Assembly (NCBI GenBank): GCA_000182565.2
Contig: KQ257461.1
DNA length: 64,000 nt
Source of the DNA: Spizellomyces punctatus DAOM BR117
Lineage: Eukaryota
Strand: one strand, 5' to 3'
Shown here: positions 13,071 to 25,139 of the stretch, in pieces
Position numbering within the stretch: the stretch's first letter is position 1
How the letters are laid out: the number at the start of each line of letters is the position of its first letter
Notes under the pieces: model-generated
Databases searched by the model: none
What the model saw: only the letters and a program-made list of their open reading frames with translations
Told to the model about the DNA's origin: nothing
Made by a program: the position numbers and the translations under genes

Positions 13071-14796
13071 ATATAGAGGTTAGCGGCCATTTGATATCTG
13101 TACCTATTTTATTACCCCAATCGTTGGATTGCGTTGTAAGGCCTCTTAGCACATGCACTCGCCATAGGGCCATGTTCAACGCGATATGATTGAAGCCCAT
13201 CGATGTGACCATTGCAGCCAATGATATTTGTAGTCTTGAGAGATGTTTCTTCTCTGACGAAGGCAGTTTGCGTGTATTGACGATAAAACGTGTTGGAGGG
13301 CGAGTGGACATTTCAAACTGGTCAAGTAGACGAGGCCACCTCACGCATAATTTTGAATCCAAGTTGACCAGTCGATGGTTCAAAGGGGACATCGGCACAA
13401 CTAGAATGGTTAACAACCCACCGCATGAGGGCCTTTAGGATCCAGATGTGTCCCTGGCCAAGATACAATGTGGATACAAAACAGGTTAGGTGCTCAAGTA
13501 CACCTTATTCCAGACCATCCGAATCATCTCAAGTGGAGGGTTTGGTTTTTATCTGAGGGCCAACAACGCTGACGACTCGACGAGAACCAAAGCGCCTATG
13601 GCCAGAGCAAGAGACCTGGTTTCAAACACGCTTCGGAAAGTGCAAAGCCATATCTCAAGTGTTGACTCCAAACATGTTTTATTGACTCTCATGTCAATAC
13701 CCGCATTGCAAGGTGCGCTTGATATACACAAAAATTCAAGTGCCCTTACATCTAGGCAAAAACAAAGCAAGATTTATAAAGACTGAGAGGGTTCATCATA
13801 TGTCTCGTTCTTCATTATCTTTCTACGGTTATTCGATCATCAATGCTGTGGACAGCTTGTTGTTCGTTGGTTGCTTTTAGACGAGCGTCATCACCTATAC
13901 AGCATGCATGGACATGACCGGTTTCGGAACCATGTTTACTCATCTCTCTGTGTATTCGCTCTGCTGCACACGGCCTATGCAAGTGATTGTCGCCTTGTCA
14001 GTTGGAACTGAAAACTGGCTCCTCCACAGTTACCACATGGACGAAGCGAACCCAAAGGATCAAATGTCGTATTTTCGTCGTGCCCCAAATTCCTGTTTGG
14101 CGATGTCCCATACTCTGCAAGTCACCCTATAACCCTAACCAAGTCCGACCATAGCAATCCCAATCCCTCCCTCCTGTGACGTTGTTTGCCCAAAGCGGCA
14201 CGGGGGGTTTTCGACTCGCTCTGCGCGCAAATGGCAATAAAAAAAGAAACAATTTTGTTTTTTGCTTCCAGAGCTTTCTAAAAACTACAACAGAAAGCCA
14301 CGAATTACTTTGACCCAAAGCAGGCAAAAAATAAGAAAAAATGTTCCGTCCAAATGACAATTTGCTTGACTGTGCCGCATAAAATTAGCTTGACTCCTGT
14401 GTCTTGTTGTCATTGTTTCCCCTCTTCCCCTGGCTGTCCCTTTCTGTTTCTTTTACATCGTCCGCCGTTCGCCGCATCCGCACAGCAACCCGCCGCCGCC
14501 GCCGCCCCCGCCGCTTTGCGTTTGGCAACAGGAAAGAGCGTTTACGCCCGTAGACAAGGGCTTACGACAGCCAGAAGGAACAGGAGGAAGTAGGAATAAG
14601 CTTGTCCATCTAAGCCACCGCCGCGTCATTTGGGCAAGCGTTCTTCCCACGCTATAGGGGTTTTGACTTTCCTCATCGTCGTCGGTCCTTTGTCCCCGTT
14701 TCCCCCTTGGTAGGGGGAACACCTCGCGATAGAGACGGGCATACTTGCAGAAATACCTCGAGCAAAAAACACTCATTGCAAAAGCACACATTGCCA

Positions 14797-16893
14797 ATGT
14801 CCGTGTACGGTCCGCTCCTCTCCCCAACCGGGACAGGGAGCAATATGCTGCCGTCCAACATGCTACTTCCCTCGCCGTCATCAAACTTGTTTGAACGGAG
14901 TATGAATGCTCTTGTGTCAAATTTCAAGGGCAGTGTTGGAGATTATGGCGATTTTGAGTCGTATGTGGGAACTACTGATGATGACCTTTTGGGTAAGTTG
15001 CAAGACGTTTGGTAACAGATGTGGTAACAGACGGCAACAGATTTAACATGACAATTGTGTTCAGGATTGATGAATCCTATGGGGAATGCGAATACCCGAC
15101 AAGGCGGCTTGGGAATGGGGAATAGCACAGGCGGTCTTCCGCCATTGTCCCCCACAACCGAGTCTCTCTTTACCCTCGATCAGAACGCTTCCCTCCTCAC
15201 CCCTGGCGGAACACTCCGCAATGACCTTCTCTACTCACAATCAGAGTTTGGAAACAGCTATCAACAGCAAGACTCATCCTACGGAGATCCGTCACTCATC
15301 TCCGAGGATGCCACCCAGTTCAAGAATCCCGCATTCGATTATATTGTCGGTTCTTTTCTAGACACAATCGAGTCCATGACTCCGTCAAGTTCGTTCAATC
15401 TGAATGGATTTGCCGACATCAAGCCATCAGAAAACATCGCGGCCGATGGCAAGCCAATTGATTATCATGACGATATGTTAATGTTGAATTTCGACGACGT
15501 AGCATCAAATCTTGCAATCAAGAATGAAGCTGGGTTGGCACAAGTTGTTGAAAATGGGTATCCGGGCCACGTGCAAGCCGGCTTACAGACTGACGTGATG
15601 GATGGAAATATTGGGGTGGGGCCGTTGGTACAACAAGTTGGGCAGCACAATTCATATGCAGAGAACATACCGGGAGGAAAGATGCACGAACCACCGCAGC
15701 AGCAATTCCACCCCTCGGGCAAACTGAACGCTAGCGGACACTCTACTGCATCGCCTAGAGTAAAACCTAGCCCATCAACGCTGCGCTCTTCCCCACACCG
15801 CCCGGCTCCGGGTTTCTCATCACATCTTTCTCCATCACGACAACCACCAGCTGCACGATCTCAATCGCCCTCACTTTCCGGTCGACCACCAGCCAACGCC
15901 CATTCATCTCCGTCTCGCGAAGCATCCCTACGGAATTTCACGCACCCATCACCTTACCAGCACCTTCCAACGCCAAGTGGCAGTCCTCATTATGTTCTTC
16001 CGAACGGACTGTCCCATCATCAGATGCCGTCTATGGTCCATCAACAGCAGCCTATGCCAACCATAAGACACGCATCACCAGCACCGTATCCACATCATCA
16101 ACGGAGCCCATCTCACCACCCTGGATCACCACAGCCGTATCCGCAACACAGTTCGCTTTCGTCCTCGCACACCAACGCAAATCTTCAGCAGTCATCAGCC
16201 CAAAAACATGATCCACAGCAACCAATGCTCGCGAACCCACCCATCCTCCGTTCCCATGGCCCACCGCCCATGATGCAGATGGGCATGCCCGTCATGCAAA
16301 TGGGAATGCCGATGCAAATGGGCATGGCAGTTCCCATGGTTCCGAGCATGGCAGTGTCTATGGTCCCCGGTATGCAAATGGCGGGCATGAACATGGTCCC
16401 CAATCAAATGGTGGGATACAATGCGTATCCTGGCATGCCTCAAATGTTCACTTGCACTGTCCCCGGGTGCGGCAAGGTCTTTAACAAGTACATTGCCCTA
16501 ACTCAACACTTGGCCACCATTCACGGCGGTCACCCTGGCACCGCAAACCCGACAAAGGCCAAACCTTTCCGCTGCGAAATGTGTCCTCAAACCTTTAGCC
16601 GCTCTCACGACCTTAAACGACACTATTATATCCACACACAAGAAAAGCCATATCGATGTAAACGATGCGGTAAGGGCTTTAGTCGACGGGATGCCCTTCG
16701 ACGACACGAGCGCAGTGTTGCAGAGGGCAAAAAGGTGCACTGCGCTACTGGTGGTGACGATGATGATGACGAAGAGGAGGAAGAGGGATGGGATGGAGAA
16801 CACAAGAATGCAGCAGTACCGTCCGAGGTGAAGGCAGAGAAGCATTTGACGGATACTGGTAATTCGGCACCTGTGGGTGTTGGCGCGCATTGA
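14797..16893 (+). CDS. C2H2 zinc-finger transcription factor (3 fingers) with a long S/P/Q/H/M-rich disordered region; intron 14993-15064
   Basis: CTVPGCGKVF..LTQHLATIH, CEMCPQTFSRSHDLKRHYYIH, TQEKPY linker, CKRCGKGFSRRDALRRH; GTAAGT...TCAG intron joins an upstream ATG exon in frame. Confidence 0.9.
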
Positions 16894-17881
16894 ATCCGCC
16901 GTCTGTCATTTTGCAAAAGAGATTAATTTTTGTTGAAATGGGCTGGATATACCACGTATTGCTAGATAATCTTTTTTTTATGACCGATAAGAGATTCGCA
17001 TCTCACTTACAATAAATGATTTATTTTTTTTTGTCTATTTTGTATGTTGATGTCCGTCACTTATCGCTTGCAGCCATGTTGCAAGGATATCGAGCTGCAG
17101 GTTTGATGTTTTCTCCCATTGCATGTACATTTTTAAGCGACACGTGCGATGACAGATGCATGAACAGTAGGCCGTACAAGTGACTGTACGTATGATGGAG
17201 TATTCCTCTCATTTGCACGCATTGTTACAATGCAAATAAGGGCATTCAACAGCTCGCTATTTTCTCCGCACTCGGTTTACCACACACCAAGCCAAAAAGA
17301 TGCATGACTATCGTTAATGGTCGTCACGGCTTCCAGATTAAAATGAACCAGCACAATTGGGATGGCAAAAAGACATGACAAAAAAACTGGAACCGATCAA
17401 AATGCACAGTTTACGATAAGATGACTGATCTTTGCGGCCAGGTGTAGGTGCTTACAAATTGTTTTTCTTTAAAGTAAACAACCTGTATGTGTATCGCTCA
17501 TGAAGTTTACTAGATTGTCTATTTACATCCGGCGGGAGGTATTGCAAAGCATTGGGTCTGTATCTGTTTTTATTTCTTGTAGTTATTCCGCCCCGCTTCC
17601 TAGCTCCGAAAGTTACCGCCGGACTGGGAATTAATTTAAATTTACCATGGGTTCCAAAAGGGCGCGATATTATGGGGATTTGTGTGGCTGTGCGCGGTAA
17701 GCGGATTTATACGTTTCTTGACTTGATGACACATTGATTAAATAATACCCGCTGCCGCTCCGCCCTTCCAGCAACTGATTTTCCAATGCAAACATTATAA
17801 AAAGAGATGCTTCATTCCGCACATTCAACATTCCAACACAATCACATCTCCAACACATACAACACTCAACAATCACGAAAC

Positions 17882-18744
17882 ATGAAGTGCCTTCTTTTCG
17901 GTGCATCCCGAGGCTGCGGACTGGAAGCCGCTTTCGAACTCCTATCATCTGGGCACGACGTCACCCTCTTCCTCAGAAATGTTAACGTAATCGAATCTCA
18001 CCCTCGCGTTCAATCTCTTCCCGTGGACCAACACTCACGATTGCACACAGTAAAGGGGGATGCCTTTGTAAAGGAGGACGTTGAGAGGGCTTTTGACAGT
18101 ATTGGAAGCGATTTGGGGACTGTGTTATTCAGTATTGGCGGAAGGCCATCTTTTAAAAATCCTCTGGCTCTGAAATTGGAACCCCCTGAAGTATGCGAAC
18201 GCGGGATTGGCGTGATGCTGCCTGTTCTAAAGGCATATGGGGAAAAGCATGGAGTGGAGCCACGGTTGATTGTGGTATCCTCTAGCGGTCTGGGAACCGT
18301 GGGTCATGCGGAGTTGCCCTTGATTATGAAGGTGTGTTACCAGACTTTTCACAAAAGGCATTGTCCAAAACATGGCTCTAATCTTGGTTCCATATTGTTT
18401 AGCCAATGTATTCCTGGCTGTTAAAGGAACCCCATGCCGATAAGGAGAAACTGGAAGCACACATTTACCATTCAGCGGGCCTCAGACATCCGGACGCAAC
18501 CATCGATCAGAGTACTCAGACCTCTCTTCACACTCGGTCCCTTCCAGAAAACGGATGGCTCAAGGAATTTGTTATTGTTCGACCGGCTTTCTTGACGGAT
18601 GGACCTTGTACCGGAACCTATCGTGCAGATGAGCATTTGAAGACCTATACCATTAGTAGGGCGGACATTGGGCATTTTATCGGCAATGAGTGCGTGGGTG
18701 AGGTCTGTAAATGGGTGAATAAAGCTGTGACAGTTGGGTATTGA
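17882..18744 (+). CDS. NAD(P)-binding atypical SDR (flavin reductase/BLVRB-like); intron 18332-18402
   Basis: LLFGASRGCG Rossmann motif, VTLFLRN, VKGDA, VVSSSG, HADKEKLE, VIVRPAFLTDGP, TISRADIGHF. Confidence 0.85.
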
Positions 18745-18968
18745 ATGGTTATCAGTTTTTACGATTCATTCTGTTCCGATTTACCACATTCATTTGTTCA
18801 ATATCACATATAACATGATAGCCTGTTCCTTATCATACAACATTATAACATTCATGCTTCCTTCCGATCCAACTTTCAACGGATGCACCAAACCCTAAGA
18901 ATAGCCGTACCCCAGTAACTTGGTTTGTTCCATAAACCACGGCATTGAGTTTTATTTATGTAAGCACA

Positions 18969-21900
18969 ATGGGTGAGTCAATGTTTGGGTGTGTCTTTCG
19001 ACCATTTAAACGGCCAGAAAGCCGAGTTCTTCCTCCAAAAGACCAATGGTTAAGAAATGCTCTTCATTATTATCTTTTGGTGGTTTGGATGGACGGCGGC
19101 TGCGAGCGCCGAAACGGCTTGCCGAACCTTCAATGGAAGCTTTGTAAGCACAGTTTTGTAATCTCATTTATGGATCCGTATTAAATGTCTGCCAAACTCT
19201 TTTAGAACAACCAGAGGTTCCCAGACTGGGGCTCGAAAAGTTCCTCATTTGCCCGGATACAAGCACCCCTGCAGTACTCTGATGGACTTGCTGCACCCTA
19301 CGGGATGTCTCTCCCAAGCCCACGCAAAATCTCAAACATTATGGGATCCAAGACGAAGGCTAATGAGGATAAAGTTCCAGATATGTTAGCCTATTTCGGG
19401 CAGTTCCTCGCTCATGATAGCTTACGTGGACATGGTAACAACACTGATCGATATGATATACCGGTGAGTTGCTTTGGCTAGTTCCTGACGATAAATGACA
19501 TCCAAGGTTGTCATCAAGGACTCATTCCCACGTCGCATTGCTTGACTGTAGGTGCCTTGCAATGATCCACACTTTGATCCCTACAATACCTGCAACGCAT
19601 CCATACCCTTTGGACGTCTACAGCACATTGTAAATTCAACAACTGGTCAACGCATCGTGCAGAACTGGCAAACAGCCTGGATAGATGCTTCCCAAGTTTA
19701 TGGGCCAGATGAAGAGCGTTGTAGGTTGTTGCGCAAGTTTACAAGGGGAATGCTACGAACTTCGTTGGATGGGTTGTTCTTGCCTACTGTTCCTGTATCA
19801 CCGCCGGATCTGATGTTGGGGATATCGCCTCTGGTCTATCTGGCAGGGTACGTGAGCCATCACATCCATATGCAGGTCTATTAAATCATAAGCTTAATCA
19901 TAAAGCAGTGATTACAGAGCCAACGACGTATGTATTATAATAAATCTGGACCAATCCGACCTATTGTACCAACTTTTTACGATCTGCTAGAACCCTGGCC
20001 TTCTTTCTCTCCATACCCTCTTCGTGCGCGAACATAACCGACGGGCAGCGTACTATGCAAAAAAGAATCCAGATGCCAATGACGAGACACTTTTTCAAAT
20101 GACACGAAGGTGGGTTATTGCTTGTCTTCAAAAGATTGCTTACAAAGAGGTTCGTTGAACTCCAATCGTACTTTTTTCGTCTTTGTTTGCGACCCAAAAT
20201 CTGATGGCCCAAGGTGGATTCTTTAGTATCTTCCGCGCTTACTTGGCGAACCGCTGCCAAAATACCGCGGATATGATGATAGTGTTGACCCAGGTATTTT
20301 TTATGATTCATGCAGACAGTTTTGCATATGTAAAGATTGGTTATTGATGGGCTTTTAGGCATTGACGCGTTCTTCTTCGCCGCGTCCTTTCGATATGGGC
20401 ATAGGTACCTACGCGAATGTTTTTGTTCATCACATCACCGTCGCTGACAACACGGCATCTTTCTAGCGCTATAAACTCCCTTATTCTCCGGCTCGACAAC
20501 AACTGGGAGGAGATCCCCTCCGGTCACATCCTTCTACGAGAAGCCATCACCAACCCTAATCCAGTCTTGGAGGATGGCATTGAGCCCATTTTGCGTGGAC
20601 TGGTCGCGCAGGTACATTGTAATGCCGTTTTCATTGATTTGAGATTGTGATAACCTGAAGTCTTGAGTTAGCTGGAGCAAAAAACAGATGTCTGCGTGGT
20701 TAGCGACCTTCGAAATTACATGCCTTTACAGCCTTTCATGCCTGATCAGAGGAAATTCTTCGATCTCGGGGCAGTTAATATACAACGTGGGCGGTAAGTC
20801 TTATGAATACTAGGTTCGAAGCGTTTGACCTGCCAGTCGGGCTGATAGTTGTGCTCAGGGAAATTGGATTGCCTAGCTACAATCAAGTGCGAAAAGCATT
20901 GGGTTTAACAGAAGCCTACACGTCTGTATCCGGTTTTGTCTAGTTGTACGCTACCAGAGATGTCATAACTAAAATCATTCCCTGGCAGAATAGGTTCCGG
21001 GATATTACTTCAAATCCAGTAGTCCAAGAGCAACTGGTTACAGCTTACGACAATGACGTGAATTTGGTGGATCCATATGTCGGCGGCCTAGCCGAAGATA
21101 GTCACGACTCCTCTGTTCTCGGTGAACTCTTTCAGAAGAGCGTGATAGAACAATATATCAGACTACGAGGTACAGACTATGTTTGACCATTCCCGGGGCG
21201 GCTGACATACTGAGCATTTATTTATAAAAGACGGTGATGCATTTTGGTACGAGCGCGATGGAATTCTTAGCGCGGACGACATTGCGGACCTCGAGTCCGT
21301 CACTTTATCGAATTTAATTTTGTGGAATACCGATATAAAGAGTTTTCCCGTTAATGCCTTCTCCATCGTGACGACCAATATGATCAGTTCGTTTCTTGCC
21401 AAGAATACAAGTACCCAAACAGAAGCTCGGGGAACGATCACGGGTTCTATTCCACAGACAGTTCAGTTGACGGATGGACTGGCATTAACGTATTTGATAC
21501 ACATCGACGCGCAAACGGTGGATTTTGTTTTGGAATCGAATCATAGTGGCTGGTATGATTTCGTTGTTAGATCTATCTCGCATCATCATTGTTGAAATTG
21601 AGTATCTCCAGGTTTGCAATCGGATTGGGAACGTCCATGATGGATGCGGATATAATGGCAGTATTTGATCGAGGCGACGGGACCTGGGTTGTCGAGGATT
21701 TACGGAGTACCATTCACGATCAGGTTTGTCTCAAAAGTCTTCTCTGTCCTGTTGGGTAAGATACAAGTTGCATGACCCCGTGAAATAGCCCTCATTAGAT
21801 ACGTCTCGTGGCTGTACCAACGACTTGACGCAAGTAGCCGACGTATCATCCACACGCTTTTCTACCCGTGCTTTCTCGTGGACACGTAAACTTGTTACTG

Positions 21901-24900
21901 GAGATTCCTGTGATTACCCTATTTCAGATAGTTTCATGAATATCATCTACGCATATTCGACGTCCCCGACGTTAACATACCATGGTGGAACAAAATGGAG
22001 TGGAACGTTGAACTTTTTCTCCGGAGTTGGGACGGGACGAACAGGAGGTTTGATCAACACGACAAGCACGGCGTCGACTTTTGCTGTTTTGTGAGTGATG
22101 ACTCTATTCTGTTTCGTTCGAAGAATCTAGTCTGATGAGCCTCTGCTATAGGTTTCATGCCTGTGACATGTTATTCATGACGATGGTAGCCATCCCGTTG
22201 GGCATATATATTGCGCGATATGGAACCCGGATTGATTTATGGCTTCCGCTTCACCAGTATCTGATGGTAAGTCAAATTGGACGTTGAAAGGAAAGGTTAT
22301 TCTAATTTTTGGTTCCTAGGCGGCCGTTCTTAGTGAATTTGCATTCACACTTCGGGCAGCTTTCTCCCAAGTCGGAGGATTCAATGTAAGCAACTTACTT
22401 CCCACCAACGACCACGCATTCCACCCAAACTGACAACGATTTTCGCACCCGACAGTGGCAACATGCACCGTTTCTGCACGTCGAAGTCGGGCAATGCGTT
22501 GCGGGTGTCGGACTGACGATCGGTGTAGCCGGATGGTTGGTCGCGCAAGACTTTAAGATCATGTCAAGGTGGTCGTTGTGGATTCGACGATATCATCGTT
22601 ACTGTGGGTTAGCACTATACCTTTGTGGTAAGCTCTTGAAACAAACTGCGATTTTTCCTTGGAATCTTACTGGATATAGTGATTTTCAAGCTATCTTCAA
22701 CGGATGGTTGGGTATTGCCGATCTAGGTCCGTTTCTTGAATTTTTTTCACTCAGGCGATGCGGAACTTGCCACTAACTGTCTACCACACAGCTGCCCGTT
22801 ACAATTCTACAAGTAATCTGTGGCCCATGCTTTACATTGGATACTTTGGCCTCCTTTTCCTGATCTTCTTCGGGGTCCGACAAGTCGATCACATCTGGCA
22901 TCGGATCCTTCGAGGTATTGACACGCTGAGCGGCAAAGTGCTTGAAAGAAATGTCCCCCATGGTGGAGCAGGGGCAACAGTCCGATTCATGGATGATGCC
23001 CTCATAAAACAACCAGAGCAAGAGATGACATTAGAGAGTTTTATTAAGAATTGTCAGGAAGGGCAGTCCTGGACAATCATTTCAGGGTATGCAATTCTTC
23101 CCCGTGAATGTTGAGGACGGGTCTAACCTGCACTTTAGGATGGTCATCGATGTCAGTCGCTACATGGACCAACACCCTGGAGGCGTAGCAGCGTTAAGAT
23201 CTGTCATTGGCAAGGATGCAACGAATGTCTTCCAGGGCAAAGAAAAATTCAAATTGAGTGACGGAGTGCACTATAGCATGTACACGCATAGTCGTTTCGT
23301 ATGTAACCTTTTTCTCTTTGCCATCCGTACGTTTTCGCACCGTACTGTATTCTCACTTGTTTGATAGGCAATGAACAAAGTAAGCCACTACGTGATTGCC
23401 AAAATATACGACCCAAATTTCCCGCAATCCAGAGCGTCTGGCGTACCATCCGGAAAAAGCTCACATTCGATAACTATCAGTAGTGCCTCTCGTCGCCGGG
23501 GATCGCTGCGGCCAAGGGATGTAGAGTTCGGACTTCACTCAATAACCTCTACTGGTTCACATTCTGCATCTACCTCTGGCTTGCGCGCCGCATCTACCTC
23601 GTTCTCTGTGTCTGCTGCTGGTACTGGCCCATACCCTTCACCTTTGCCGCTGAACGTGGGCTGGAGACCCCTTACCCAAGTCTTCAACCAAGACGAGAAA
23701 ACAAGCCAAGCAGAAACAACGACTCACATCATGAAGACTGCGCTTCTGGAGGCCGAAAATAATACACAATTGGAAGGTATACTGTCTCAAGGTAATTTTT
23801 GACCTATACGTCCGCCATTTTTCAAAGATTTGATTCTGACAAGCTCTCAATGCTAACACCCCCAGAGGACGAACCAGTTGGGAAACAAAGACTTGCTATC
23901 TTGGTCGAGAAAGAAACAGTGACAGGATTAAGAGCAAGAAATCCGATTCGAAAATTCAGATTTAGTCTTAATGCTGGAGACAGGATGGACATTTTACCCG
24001 GGGATGCAATATCCGTGAGGTCAGTAAGATGTCAAAGGCTTTACGCCCATGTTCCGAAGCCAACCGTACATCCTTAGTCTGCCGACTCCGGCGGGTGGGA
24101 CTGTTGAGCGGAACTATACACCGGTGCGATGTGCCTTACCGGGTCACTTTGACGCTTATATCAAGGCAAGCACTATATTGTGTGAAAGGAACGTTCGATC
24201 AGGTGTTTGACTACCTTCTCCATTCTACCAGATATATACCAATGGTGCTATGACGCCGCTATTGGATGAGTTGAAAGTTGGTATGTATCAAAATTCTTTG
24301 GTTGCAACTGCACCGTCATTCATGTTGCTCTGTAGCCGCACCTATCAAGATTCGCGGCCCGATACAGCATTACGTCGACCCGCTGCTTAAAAACTCCGCG
24401 AGCGGATGTTACGGGTCTCTGGTTATGCTTGCAGCTGGCACTGGTACAGTAACACTGGTAGTCATTGTACTTCTCATTGTTCCTTACATGCACCACTTTA
24501 AGGAATTGTACCTATGGTCCAGCTCATCGATTATTACCTTCGCCATTGCCCACGAGAAAACAGCCAGCCCGGTAGCCCACTCGCATCCGCTTTGAGGTTA
24601 ATATGGTGTAACAACTGCGAGGATGATCTCTTTCTCACCTCCGAACTCAAGTCTATGGAATCGGCAAGCGGGGGATCGCTAAAAGTCATCCGCGTCCTAT
24701 CTGCCCCAGCACCAGATTGGGAAGGTCATACTGGACGGATTACCGCTGAGATGATAAGAGAAGCCCTTCCCAAGACGTTGCCAACGCTGGAATCATTGTT
24801 CGACCAGGATGAAGAGTCGGACTTGTTGGTCACTGTATGTGGGCCGCCTCCTTTTACAGACTTTGCTATCCAAACACTGGAATCTTTGGGGGTGTTGGCG

Positions 24901-24921
24901 GTGAATGTTCGGTTGCTATAA
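18969..24921 (+). CDS. Multidomain membrane oxidoreductase: signal peptide + animal-type heme peroxidase + DOMON + cytochrome b561 + cytochrome b5 + FAD/NAD(P)H reductase (~27 exons, roughly 1400 aa; alternative start 19057)
   Basis: Spliced motifs in order: CRTFNGSF|NN..P.WG, FGQFLAHD, TAWIDASQVYG, GDYRAN, LFVREHNR, FRYGHS, DLGAVNIQRGRE.GLPSYN, GGLAE, RLRDGDAFWYE (peroxidase); GWFAIGLGTSMMDAD, RKLVTGD, LTYHG (DOMON); four TM His (b561); HPGG, GKDAT, HS (b5); RNYTP, IKIY..G.MT, AAGTG, CGPPP (reductase). Confidence 0.85.
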
Positions 24922-25139
24922 ATAAGGAACCAAGACTTGTGCTATGTTATCTCCTAGAATATAGAAGAGTTCCGGCTTTGGTAGAACAAGTCGTTCAGTG
25001 TGACAAGCGATTAGAACTATTGCCTCCTTTAATGATATATAGAGTTTGATTTGTAAAATGTGGAATCAAAGAGGCATCTAGAAAACATCTAGCTCATCTG
25101 TCCCGATCTAATCCGCGAACAAGTTTACAACTGACATCA

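Noticed and set aside
14124-14140. Telomere-like ACCCTATAACCCTAACC
   Set aside because: Only about two imperfect units; compatible with chance
19057-24921. Calling the fusion gene a true DUOX/NOX
   Set aside because: I saw no EF-hands and no NOX-type ferric reductase or HPFT FAD motif; the membrane part is b561-like and the flavin domain is b5-reductase-like (RxYTP)
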